NCBI GenBank assembly: GCA_019828565.1
Contig: JAHDYR010000053.1
Coordinates: 1,028,272 to 1,092,271 of the forward strand
Reading direction: 5' to 3'
DNA: 64,000 nt
From: Carpediemonas membranifera BICM
Taxonomy: Eukaryota; Protista; Fornicata
Part shown: one piece after another, positions 53,753 through 64,000 of the stretch
Layout of the letters: every line of letters starts with the position of its first letter
How positions within the stretch are numbered: the stretch's first letter is position 1
Notes under the pieces: generated by a model
The model's database searches: none
What the model was told of the DNA's origin: nothing
Seen by the model: only the letters and a program-made list of their open reading frames with translations
Position numbers and translations under genes: made by a program

Positions 53753-56700
53753 TCAATCAAGCAGTCCGGACTGTGGCCCGAGTCGTGTCCGTCGGCCCGG
53801 CGACGACAGACCGCTGGCATCCAGGCCGCGCCACATCGCAAGCAGACTCTTCAGCGCCGCGGGTGTGGCTGCTTCAGGGACCACACCGGACCTCATGACG
53901 GCGGGGGGTGGGCTGGTGGTGGTGTCTGGCTCAACGTCCATCGTCGTGCCCTCCTCCACCGCTGGGGCTGGTGTCACCTGCGTGGGCGATGCAGTCGACT
54001 CCCTCCGCTCGGACACGCGGGAGAAGGCCGACCCGGACCTGCTCAGAGACGGACCGGGCTCCTCGAACGAGACACGGCTCGCCTGGTTGGACTGCGTCGT
54101 CGTGCTGCGGGAACCAGACTTCGACAGCGGACGGATCACCTCAATCTCCTCTTCGTCCTCCTCGATCGTCCGCCCGACGAACTCAATCATGGCCGGTGAG
54201 TCGCGACTCGACTCTGACTCCGACTCTGATCCGTCGGTGCTCTCGTATCTGTACTCAGTCTCTGTGTGCAGGTCCGACCTGCTGGCCTCCCCGTCAAGCT
54301 GGGCCAACAGGCTCTCGTCTGCGGCTGTGAGCTTACTGATTTCGATGCCGTGAGCTCTTGGCTTGCCCACTTGTGGGGGCTTGGGCTCCTCGATGATCTC
54401 TTCCCTGGTGTCAAACATGACCATGGACCCGTTGCCCGAGCCCACAGACGAGACCGACACCCGCCTCTCCCTAGGACTCTCGGCAAGCACGAACGAGACC
54501 TTGGACGAGCACGACTGGAGCCGCCCCCGGTCCGTCTTGAGGGCGGGCTTGACGGGGGTCTCGTCGTCCTCCGTATGGTCCGTCCGCTCGCTCTTGGAAT
54601 CCCCGTCGTCCGCGGTCGGGAAGAACTCGGACTCCCGGTGCTGGCGGAGGTCGGTCTCGGCCCGGCAGCGGGCACGGCGCTCGGCCTCGAGGGCGGCGGA
54701 CATCTCCTCGAGAGCGTCACTGGCCGCGGCAGCACACATGTTGGCGTCCTCGACGTCGGCCTCCGCGTATCTGAGCTGGCGCCTGACGTCCCGCAGCTCG
54801 GCACACAGCTCGGCATCTCTCTGAGCATGGTAGGCCCGCGAGTCGGCCGCTGCCTCCTGTAGGGCCGCATGGCGCCGCTCGAGGCCGCTATGGGCTTCCT
54901 CCAGCTCAGCGAGAACGAGTGCCTTATCGCTCAGCAGTGCCTGCAGCGCGTGCACCTCAGCGGTGTTTGCCTGTGCGTCCCCAGCCCTGTTGAGCTCCTC
55001 TGTATGCTCGACCATGATCCCCCTGATCTTCTCCTCGGCCGACGCGGAGACCTGCTGAAGTCGGGTTCGGAGCTCGTCGATGGTCTGCCGCAGCTCGGCT
55101 GGGTCATCGTGGTCGGCCTTGAGCTCCTTAAGCTCGGCCTCAGCAGCAGAGGCTCTTGCGTTGGCGGTGTCCAGCTGGGCTTGGAGACCCACAACCACGT
55201 CCGTCAGGTCGACTGCTGGCTTGGCTCGAAGCTGGGCGAGCTCCGCCTCTGCCTGTGCAGCCTTTGCCTTCGCCTTGGCCAGGCTGGGGGGGCATGAGGC
55301 CAGTATTCTCAGCGACTCGAGGTCCGCTGTCTCGGGCTCCATGTTCTCGAAGTCTGGCCCATGCCGGCCGAGCTCCTTGATGGCCTCAGTGACGTCGATT
55401 GTGTATGGCACGCCGAGCTCCTTCTCACGGAGCCGCAGCCGCATCTGCAGCGCCATGCGTGCCTGCTCTGAGTGCTTCATGGCCTGGGACATTGCCGACC
55501 GGTCAGCGTCACTTGCCGCAGTGGCGGCCACGAGGAGGTCGAGCTGCTCCTTCAGCGCAGACGCCAGCTCCCTCGTGCCCTGGGCATCATGGGCGGGCTC
55601 GGTGTTTGCTGGGGCCGCCCCACCCTCCGCTACGAGTGCCTTGAGCCTCTGGATCTCGGCCCGTAATACGGCGACGTCGTTGGACTCCATTAGGTTCACC
55701 ACGGCGGTGTTCTTCATCTTTTTAGCCCGCTGTGCGAACCGCAGTGTCGACATAGTCTCCGGCAGGGCCTTGTGTGAGGGCGAGACACACGCGATGAGTG
55801 TTGTGCGGGTGTTGCCCCCGAATGAATCTCTCAAGACATGCGTCAGCTTCGAGTCCCGGTAGCGGACGTACTTGTCCCCCGAGGCGAGGCCCTGGATGAC
55901 TTGGGCCAGGGTCGACAGAGAGGCGTTGATGTGGCACGCCTGGTTGAGCAGCTCTCCCGTGGTGCCCGTTGACTTCTGCCGTTCAGAGCCTGCTAGATCA
56001 ACCAGTGCCAGCCGGGCGTGCCGCGTGACTCCTTCGACTGTGATGTCGACGGAGAGGTCGAATATGGCGTGGGAACGGGACGACTGGCGGTTCATACCCG
56101 TCTCAGCCACACGACGGCTGGCGGCACCCCTGTTGAGCAGCTGGTATGTGTCAACGACGGAGTCCACGTGGACCTTTGTCTGTCCCTCAACCACGACGCC
56201 GTGGGCTGGGCTCTCACGCAGGTTTAGGGGCGGCTGATCGTTGAGAAGGTCGAAGATCGTGTCATTGAAGATCTCCATGAACCCTGCCGTGATCCTGGCG
56301 TCCAAGTCCTGCCGTTTGATCCGAGCAAACATATATTCAAGGCATCTGGGGATGAGGCCACGCTCTGGTGCGGGTGACTCAAGAGAGTACGTCAGCCCAG
56401 GGCCCTGCATCGTGTAGGTCTTGCCAGAACCAGTTTGTCCGTACGCGAAGATGGTCGCGTTGATGCCTGCAAGGACGCTGTCGACCATCTGCTTTCCCAC
56501 GGCGCGAAACAACACTTCCTGCTGCGTCTCCATGGGGAATACGTGTGTATAGGAGAAGGGCTGCTCTCTACCAAGTGCACGGATCGCCCCGTAGTGTTCA
56601 GTATCGTCTTCGGAGGTCCGTAGAGGCTCCAGACACTGATTGGTGCTAACAAACGCCTCGGCTTCATTCGGCGGCCTAACGCGCACTGCAGTCCTAACTG

Positions 56701-56758
56701 TCTCCACTTGGGACGAATCAGCGCTATCGATGAGCGATTCGCTGAGCGTATTCGTCAT
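53753..56758 (-). CDS. N-terminal motor kinesin, KIF15/kinesin-12-like
   Basis: VRVRP, P-loop FAYGQTGSGKTYTM, SSRSHAIF, LVDLAGSERQK, YRDSKLT and TLRFAQRAK; coiled-coil stalk and disordered acidic tail. Confidence 0.9.
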   Translation of the reverse strand: MTNTLSESLIDSADSSQVETVRTAVRVRPPNEAEAFVSTNQCLEPLRTSEDDTEHYGAIRALGREQPFSYTHVFPMETQQEVLFRAVGKQMVDSVLAGINATIFAYGQTGSGKTYTMQGPGLTYSLESPAPERGLIPRCLEYMFARIKRQDLDARITAGFMEIFNDTIFDLLNDQPPLNLRESPAHGVVVEGQTKVHVDSVVDTYQLLNRGAASRRVAETGMNRQSSRSHAIFDLSVDITVEGVTRHARLALVDLAGSERQKSTGTTGELLNQACHINASLSTLAQVIQGLASGDKYVRYRDSKLTHVLRDSFGGNTRTTLIACVSPSHKALPETMSTLRFAQRAKKMKNTAVVNLMESNDVAVLRAEIQRLKALVAEGGAAPANTEPAHDAQGTRELASALKEQLDLLVAATAASDADRSAMSQAMKHSEQARMALQMRLRLREKELGVPYTIDVTEAIKELGRHGPDFENMEPETADLESLRILASCPPSLAKAKAKAAQAEAELAQLRAKPAVDLTDVVVGLQAQLDTANARASAAEAELKELKADHDDPAELRQTIDELRTRLQQVSASAEEKIRGIMVEHTEELNRAGDAQANTAEVHALQALLSDKALVLAELEEAHSGLERRHAALQEAAADSRAYHAQRDAELCAELRDVRRQLRYAEADVEDANMCAAAASDALEEMSAALEAERRARCRAETDLRQHRESEFFPTADDGDSKSERTDHTEDDETPVKPALKTDRGRLQSCSSKVSFVLAESPRERRVSVSSVGSGNGSMVMFDTREEIIEEPKPPQVGKPRAHGIEISKLTAADESLLAQLDGEASRSDLHTETEYRYESTDGSESESESSRDSPAMIEFVGRTIEEDEEEIEVIRPLSKSGSRSTTTQSNQASRVSFEEPGPSLSRSGSAFSRVSERRESTASPTQVTPAPAVEEGTTMDVEPDTTTSPPPAVMRSGVVPEAATPAALKSLLAMWRGLDASGLSSPGRRTRLGPQSGLLD

Positions 56759-56995
56759 CGTCGAGGCCGCCCGCGTCGTTCGAACTCGACGCGACTCCGG
56801 CGTCCACACCGAGACCAAGCTACCACCAGCGCCGGTGAGCTTGCGGGCATGTAAACACACATGATCTCCTGTCTCTGGGCATTCTCTCCGGCCAGTGTGT
56901 CTGCAAACCAGTCAGTCCTGTGCGGCTCAAGGGCGTGACCAGTGAAGAACTGAGAAAGAATAGGGTTTATGATCACAATCGCCGTTCCAGGCGTC

Positions 56996-57610
56996 CTAGT
57001 CGCTGATAGATTCCGCGTCGGCGAACCCCTCTCCATCCATGAGCTCCCGCATGAGGTGCCGCCGGATCCTACCAGAGCTGGGGCCCTCCTCCTCCTCCAC
57101 TTCGGGCAGAGCTGGGATAGCCGCAGACGACATATCGGATGCATACCCCGAGGGGGCCTCTGATTGGATAGGTTCGGCGTAGAAGCGGGGGGGCTGAGCC
57201 TCCATGGACTGGGCGGACAGTGGATGGATCTTGGAGGACAGCAGCTGCGCCGAATGGAGATTAGTGACGGTCCTAGTGTGGGAGGCGTGCAGGCTTTCCT
57301 CCGCCATCGACGACAGGCCTGTTTCGTAGCCTGAACGCTCTCCAGGCGTCGCGGGAGTCGCTGTGTGGTGTTTCAAACGCGGTTGGCGAATATGTTGGCG
57401 TGGAGACCGATCGTGGGCGGAATCGCTCACTCGTTCTGACATTGCGTTGATTACTCTTAGTTCGTATTGTGCTGGAAAAGGGTGACCCGCACGAAAAAAA
57501 GCTGGCACAGACGAACTGGTCGCATCTGATGCCGAGTGGTCGACACTGTCGTTCCATGCAATAATTCTCACGCCCTTCTCGTCAATTTTTCCTGGTGGGG
57601 TTGAGACCAT
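56996..57610 (-). CDS. Hypothetical low-complexity protein (start uncertain)
   Basis: Open frame of 200+ codons occupying the gap between kinesin and the RT gene; no family recognised. Confidence 0.35.
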   Translation of the reverse strand: MVSTPPGKIDEKGVRIIAWNDSVDHSASDATSSSVPAFFRAGHPFPAQYELRVINAMSERVSDSAHDRSPRQHIRQPRLKHHTATPATPGERSGYETGLSSMAEESLHASHTRTVTNLHSAQLLSSKIHPLSAQSMEAQPPRFYAEPIQSEAPSGYASDMSSAAIPALPEVEEEEGPSSGRIRRHLMRELMDGEGFADAESISD

Positions 57611-57634
57611 TTCCGGTCTACCTTCAAGTGTCAA

Positions 57635-60436
57635 ATGCGGGATCATTACGGCTGTAACGCACGTATCCCGCGTAGTCCCTGGGCCCAGTCGAGCGGATCG
57701 GACAGGACCTGCAGTCGACGAGGTCGTCTCGCGTCGAAAGAAATGACCAATGACCTTCAACACGAGAGTAACAACGTCGTATTAACATCTATTATGAAGA
57801 GACATCTGCAAATGACGGGAGCGCCCGGTTTCGAGGCCAGTGATGGCGCTGGGTTTGATGAGAAGCTTTCAAACAGGAAACGGAAGCAAAAACGGACGCA
57901 TCAGGGGCTAAAACCGTCAGCCATCGGTGCGTCTGATATCCCTCCCGACACCCGCGTTGCACAGGCGAGGCGCATGTACCAATTGTTGCGGACCATCTCG
58001 AAGACCCGACACGATTGCAAGCGCACGACGTCCCTACGCGACCTGCAGTCCTTTGCACGGGACGCTGTAAGCGCATCCGCATCGCCCAAGCTCCCGGCCA
58101 ACGCCGCTGCCCTCGTCAATGCCCGTCTGGGCCGCTATGCTGCGGCCGTGGGCTCCCTCCGGGCTGGACAGAGCGGTTCGGGTTTCAAACGGATCGTTGG
58201 CGGGCCTAAGGTTGTTGCTGCGTCAGAGGAGACACTGGCTAAGTACCAGGAGAAGACCCCTCCCGCCCGAGAGGGCCCGCTGCCCGCCTGGGTCGACCTG
58301 GAGCTAGAGCAGGACGCCGCATTGTACCGCGTGTCCTGTAACCCAGACGACGACGCCCTGCAGACGATAACAAGGGCCCAGGTGCTGGACGCCCTCGACA
58401 CGTCCAATGGGGAGGCCTCGCCCGGCCCCACAGGCCTGTCCTACCGCCACGTCGCCCAGTTGACCGTAGCCTACCCTAAACTGCCCGATGCCCTGGCCTC
58501 GTTCGTCATGGACGTGCATCGGGGCCTGTTCAGGGCCCACCCCGAGGAGACGGTGTGGCTGAAGGGGACGGTCGGCGTTGCCCTGGACAAGCCCAACGCC
58601 CCCAACGCCATCCGCCCGCTAGCGATGGGAGAGACGCTTCGTAAGATCGCAGCGACCATTGGGGCCCGTGTGGCGGTGAGTCGGCTGGGGCTCGGGCTGT
58701 GGGTGAGCGACATGCAGATCGGGCTGGGGCAGTCCTCGGCCAGTGAGTTCGGGGCGCTGCATGTGCGGCACGAGCATGAGAGGGGGCGTTGGATTGTCAG
58801 CATCGACTTCAAGAACGCCTACAACACTCTATGTCGCCGGACCGTTTCTAAGGCTGTCTCGACATACTGTCCCGCACTAACCGCTTATGTCGAGCTGTTC
58901 TACTCAGCCCCCACTGCCATCAACCTAGGCCATCACACTGTTGTATCATCAACTGGTGTCCATCAAGGAGACCCTCTTTCGTCCCTGCTGTTCACACTGG
59001 GACTGCGGCCAGCACTGCTGAGAACACGCCGACTCGCCCCGGATGTCGGCATCACAGCGTACATGGACGACGTCACGCTGTCATGCCCCACAAGAGAGTC
59101 TGCAGCCCATGCCACAGCAACACTCATGGATGCCGCCACTCAGGTGGGGTTGGACGCCCAGCCGGCCAAGTGCGCGCTGCTGGTGCCCGAAGGAGAGCCT
59201 CTTGATGATCTTGTGGTGTACCCGGATCGCCCAGAGACCAACGTGCCGGCCACCAGCTGTATTGTAACGTGCGGCGTGGCTGTCGGGGACGAGGCCGGAG
59301 TCAAGGCGTACTACTCGGCCAAGGTGGACGGCGTAATCGCCCAGGTTGACGCTGTCAGGGAGTTTACGGACTTTTTTATGACTTCAGACCGGGTGTCCGC
59401 CTTCCCTGCCGTACAATGGGCGGGGTACCTGGCAACAACGCGTCTGATGCCTATTCTGACCTATTCAATGAGGACTACGTCGCCCGCTGTGCTCAGGCCT
59501 CATCTAGCAAGGGCAGACGCGGCGTTTGGACGGCTTGCACTGTCGCTGATGGCGCTGCCTGACGGAGCCAACCTTCCCCAGTCTGTCTCGGCTCCGGTGT
59601 CCAGGGGCGGTCTCGGGTTGGGCCATCTCGAGGCCATAGCTCCAGCTGCATACCTTGGCGCCCAGGTGTCCCATGCCAGGCTGGTGAGGGAGGCGGGTGT
59701 GCTCATCCGAGACCCCGACAACTGGACCCAACCTCCACTGGTGGTTGAGCCGGGTGGGATGCCCGAGGGTTGGCCCCAGACCACTGACGAGGCAATGAGT
59801 ATCGGTCTAGAGCCGTTCAAGGCACTCAGACGACTCGCCCTGGCAGACAAATACGGCCCTAAGATCGGAAAATCCCTGACCAAGACGCTGTTGTGTCAGA
59901 TTCCAACCCACATGGTCCCTAGTCAGAACATGGCGGCCCTACTGCGGGTTACTGCGGGTCTAGCGGTGCCGTGTGGGGACTGCAGCGACCTTTGGCGGGC
60001 TGGGCTGGAATCGTTGTGTCAGATCATCGTGGACGACCTCGAGTCGTGCGGCATGGCGGCCATACTTGACCGAACAACAGTTTACCAGGGCGACTTTGCC
60101 GAGATCAGGGTAGCCGACCCCATCCCGGCCCTGGTCGCAGTACAGCTCAGATTCGTGGTGTCAGATGTCGGTAGCGACCTTGTGGACGCGGAGTCTGAGA
60201 TGGCTGAGGACCTCGCCATCCAGTTCGAGGGGTGCGATGACGTCGTGCTGCCTATGGCAATCTCTCATCATTCGGGGCGTGTGTCCGTGGGGTTCAAGGC
60301 CCTGACCCGCTTTGTCAGGGCGCATAGGCCTGGTTGGGACCACCAGGGGATGATGGCGAGGCTCGGGCGGCAGCTGGCCCTTGAGAGTTACTTTATGGAC
60401 CTCGATGGAGAGAGCGATGGTGGCTTCTGGGACTGA
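57635..60436 (+). mobile_element. Non-LTR retroelement-type reverse transcriptase ORF (CRE/SLACS-like, R2 group) with a degenerate C-terminal RLE-like domain
   Basis: SPGPTGL, IRPLAMGETLRKI, QIG, IDFKNAYN, GVHQGDPLSSLLF, catalytic YMDD, GL..QPAKC and thumb P...GGLGL; 933-aa uninterrupted ORF. Confidence 0.88.
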
Positions 60437-61128
60437 TAGCTGTGAATGCGGTTCTAACTGTGTTGCGTGTTATTAGTAAAGCTACTCTTATCGCTGGATC
60501 TGTGCGACTGATGCAAGCACACGTGGGTGGCCGGGCTCCGTTGGCTCAGTGGCTGACTCATATTTTTTACGGTGACAAGCTGCGGGGAAGGCTCAAGTCA
60601 CAGATGCGCCAACTCATAGCGACGAAGCCGGCCGGGCATGAGAGGGATCGGCCGACCCAGGACCCGCCCCTGCCTCCAGCCCGGTATGATCGGCCGGTAA
60701 AATATATGCTCTCGAGAAATGAAGCCGAGGACACGCTTTCAGCCCCTCGTTTAATACCGAGAGTTAATTCCGCCGAAGCCACTGACGACTACCTTACGAC
60801 TGAAGCTGAGTCAAAGAACCCGCTCACCAAAAGTATCATGGGACATCGAGTGATGGTTGACCCAGGTGTGTCTCGGTTAACCATATCGCGACACTCATGA
60901 TTCCTCGATTGATCACACGCCAAGGTGTGTCGCCCCCTGGCCTGCAATCTCCACCACTTTGGTCGGTTTGACGTCACAACACCATCATGGTGGACCAGCG
61001 GTCAATGTGCAGCTTAGCCCCAGAGGGGTTTGGTGACTGATTCCTCTCCAACTCCACCAGACACCTTACAGACTGGCAGCCTGCGGCTCCAAGGCAGTTT
61101 AACCACTTAACGTAATCACCAGACTACT

Positions 61129-62368
61129 TTACACAGCCGCCTCGAACCTAGGGACCAAACGGACGCTCTCCTTCCCCGCGGTGGTAACATCCATCACGGC
61201 CGCCCCGACGACCGACTGCAGAGCCATACTCGTGTCACAGGCGACCATACCCGAGGAGAACCAGATCGGCCTGTCGTTAACGGTGAGACTGGTCACAGCC
61301 AGCCCCTTGACGTCCATGAGGGTGACCCACTGGGCGATCGTGATGTCCGCGGGGAGTGTCACTGCCTCCATGCGCTGCTGGCACGTCTCGCAGGCAGAGT
61401 TGACCGCGAACGGCTCGACGGTGTGATTGAAGCTCTCGCCGCTGTAGAATACGTAGTTGTTGAGCGTCGCACCCACCCCTGAGACCAGCTTCAGCGCCTC
61501 GACGGTGCATACGGCGGCAATGATGGCATTGGTCGTCGCCAGCGCGGGGATGACGTTCTTCACAACGCCCAGCGTCAGGTGGAACGTTACTCCTTGGATG
61601 CCGAACTTGTCCGCGCGGGATGATGCCGAGTTATAGACCCACCGGATGTCGTCACCGTTGTCACCGTCGACTGGCCGGTCAAACTCCCGTGGGAACAGGA
61701 TCTGCGAGGCGAATTCAATGCAGTGCTCGGGAAGTCTGGGCGTGTTGGCTATGGTGCACATCGGGAACTTCGTCTGGGGTGGGAACAGGTACCCGAGACA
61801 GTCGAAGCAAGGCGTGCTATCCGGTATAATCACCCTGGCGTTTCCACGGAAGCCCTCGGTGCCGCCGTCGATAAATGGCACGGGAAAGTCGACCTTGCCG
61901 CCCCTGTAGAGGTTGAGGAGGGTCCGATTCATCCAAGAGCGGGCGTCAACAGAGTCGAGCCCGCCAATGACAAGCAGGAACTGGGTGTAGAAGGCCTCGT
62001 CGAGCTCCTCCATGCGGCAAAAGTGCGGCTCGATCTTCACATGCGGGAAGCTCTGTCTGATGCGCTTGGCAGCAACCTCTGCTTTCGATCTTCCGATGTC
62101 CGACGTCCTGTGTGAAAGATGGAGGGGGTACGAACGTGAATAGGAACTGCCTGTTTAGGTTAGTGAGATCAATAACGTCTAAATCAATCACATGGATGTT
62201 TGTGAAGCCCGAGGCGGCAGCGTCCTTGAGAAGCTCGCAGCCGAGGCCACCGGCGCCCAGTATCAGGATCGGCTGATGAATCAAGGGCGCGTATTCCTCA
62301 CCCTGTTCATGTTGCTGCAGATGGCGCGTCATGAACTGCTGGGCGGTGCATCGCTGCTTTATCTTCAT
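61129..62368 (-). CDS. UBA3: NEDD8-activating enzyme E1 catalytic subunit; intron 62108-62135; start at 62368 or 62332
   Basis: [14 protein letters not shown] and [11 protein letters not shown]; a 28-nt GTTCGT..ACAG intron restores ..[11 protein letters not shown]. Also [27 protein letters not shown] and catalytic [18 protein letters not shown]. Confidence 0.92.
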
Positions 62369-62652
62369 GCCTTGTGTCGAATGGGGCAGCTTAACCCCGA
62401 CAGTCCTGGTCACGTGGCAAGGTCACCCAGCGACAGCTCGGGGTATGTCTAAGGTGCACTCTCGTTCTCGTCGTTCATCTGGCTGTGATGTGGTGGAGAT
62501 TCAGGATCGAAAGAAGATAGCAGGTCGAGTCAGTATTACTCGTATTACCAACCATGACAGCTGTCTAGAGCTCTATCTGCGCTCAATTAGCCCGTTCTCG
62601 TTGTTTACGTCGCATGTAACAGTCTCGCCAATTGCGACGGACCATTGCATCG

Positions 62653-64000
62653 ATGTTTGGGCTCCGCGAAAAGGCTGGGATGTCGCAGGCGGTTATCAGC
62701 AAGGAGGATGCGGAACGGATTATCTACGAAGCGAGTAAGGATTCGCCCTTCTTCAAGGCGCAGCAGCGAAAGGAGGAAGAACTCAAAGCCCGCTGCGCCC
62801 ACGTCGTTCGCAGGGCCGAATCGCTGCTCCCCGTGGAGAAGAGTGGGGCTATACGGCATGCGGAGAGGGAGGTCAAGTCGCTCCTGTCGACGCTGGCCAA
62901 GGACGTCAAGGGTGCCCGGTGCTTCATCCACATTGACATGGACGCCTTCTTCGTGCAGGTAGAGGAGCGCGACAACCCATCATTGCGTGGCAAGCCCGTT
63001 GTTGTGGGTCATCCACGTTCCATCATCTCCACGTCCAACTACGAGGCACGAAAGTACCATGTCCGCAGCGCCATGGCCGGTTTCATCGCCAAGAAGCTGT
63101 GTCCAGACCTCATATTTTGTGAGCTGCGGATGAAAGCATATGCGGAGGTCAGCCGGCTGTCAGAGCAGGCGTACGCCGCCGTCGACCCCGGCTACGAGAT
63201 GCATAGCTTGGACGAGGCCTCCTTGGACGCCACAGAGTACCTTGCACGGCACCCTGAGATGACTGCAGACGACGTGTGCGAGCAGATCAGGGCCAAGGTC
63301 TTTGAGCTGACCCAGCTGACCTGTTCAGCCGGGTCCGGGCTATCGAGGCTGGCTGCTAAGATCGCTAGTGATATGAGGAAGCCCAACGGCCAGTTCCCGA
63401 TCGGGCGGTCAGTACATGCCCATGTCTCCTTCTTTGACGGGCTTCCACTGAAGAAGATCACCGGTGTCGGCCAGGTCACCGAGCGTATTCTCGCAGCTTT
63501 AGGTCTAGTAACGTGCAAGGACGTCAGAGACCAGCCGCACCAGCTGGCAGTGCTCCCGCTGGCCTCAAGAGACGGTCTACTGCGCCTCTCTCTCGGCATA
63601 GACAGGCCCCGCCAGCCAGTGCACCGACACAGCATGGGGGTGGAAAGGACCGTATCGGCGACAGTCAACAAGGAGTCTGTGTGGGCGTTCGTTGAGGGTC
63701 TCGCCGGCCAGCTGAAGAGCCGTCTCGATGCAGCGGGGGTTGCTGGCGAGACTATGTGCTTCAAGTGGAAGGACGACAAGTTCAGGTCATTCACACGACA
63801 GGAAAGGATGCCCCAGCAGACCGCAGACCGGGATAAGCTCCTGGACGCCGCGAATAGGCTCCTGGGTAAGGTTCTGGCGGAGACAGATAACTTCACGGCC
63901 AGGCTAATCGGGCTCCAGGTGACGCTGGGGGCAAGCTGTGCAGAGGGTGAGCGGTTGAAGAGCACGCTGGTGGCACAGGCGGGGGGTGTCGCGTGCCCAT
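62653..64000 (+). CDS. POLK: Y-family DNA polymerase kappa (DinB), runs off the window end
   Basis: KAGM...IIYEASKDSPFF N-clasp, HIDMDAFF, STSNYEARKY..RSAM.GFIAKKLCPDL, SLDEA and AKIASDMRKPNGQ. Absent from the ORF track because no stop lies in the window. Confidence 0.92.
   Translation, partial: MFGLREKAGMSQAVISKEDAERIIYEASKDSPFFKAQQRKEEELKARCAHVVRRAESLLPVEKSGAIRHAEREVKSLLSTLAKDVKGARCFIHIDMDAFFVQVEERDNPSLRGKPVVVGHPRSIISTSNYEARKYHVRSAMAGFIAKKLCPDLIFCELRMKAYAEVSRLSEQAYAAVDPGYEMHSLDEASLDATEYLARHPEMTADDVCEQIRAKVFELTQLTCSAGSGLSRLAAKIASDMRKPNGQFPIGRSVHAHVSFFDGLPLKKITGVGQVTERILAALGLVTCKDVRDQPHQLAVLPLASRDGLLRLSLGIDRPRQPVHRHSMGVERTVSATVNKESVWAFVEGLAGQLKSRLDAAGVAGETMCFKWKDDKFRSFTRQERMPQQTADRDKLLDAANRLLGKVLAETDNFTARLIGLQVTLGASCAEGERLKSTLVAQAGGVACP

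Noticed and set aside
60442-60900. 152-aa ORF after the RT as a second element ORF
   Set aside because: Non-ATG start in the track, no motifs and no element boundaries to tie it to the RT.
46970-64000. Functional cluster of DNA repair genes (RUVBL2, WRNIP1, UVSSA-like, Pol kappa) linked to the Fanzor
   Set aside because: The genes are interspersed with unrelated ones, and such proximity is plausible by chance in a gene-dense eukaryote.

Overview
GC-rich, gene-dense eukaryotic DNA with few, very short (28-37 nt) GT-AG introns. It comes from an anaerobic flagellated protist. The mix of PFO, a bacterial-type class III FBPase, axonemal dynein IC and a divergent mitochondrial carrier and small Tim points to a metamonad, plausibly a Carpediemonas-like fornicate (inference). 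Housekeeping content: GRP94 (3' end), a 2492-aa coiled-coil/ARM protein with a 621-bp internal tandem repeat, eL18, uS4/RPS9, a SYP7-like SNARE, three eEF2 copies (two tandem, one inverted), DNAI2, a 4-kb tandem array of PFO genes, an SLC13 transporter, tRNA-Ser(UGA), FBPase III, Jhy-like, MRT4, RUVBL2, CSTPP1-like, WRNIP1/MgsA, UVSSA-like, a Nudix hydrolase, a KIF15-like kinesin, UBA3 and Pol kappa. The standout is a compact Fanzor1-type (eukaryotic TnpB/OMEGA) RNA-guided nuclease at 45.1-46.6 kb with an intact D-E-D RuvC triad and zinc finger. It is followed by a hairpin-rich candidate omegaRNA whose predicted guide matches exactly a TTTA-preceded site at the 5' end of the same locus. Other hidden items: a spliced three-cysteine small Tim gene, a histone H4 3' fragment with a histone-type stem-loop, and an intact CRE/R2-group reverse transcriptase whose endonuclease appears catalytically dead. 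All protein assignments are from motif recognition by eye; no database searches were run.
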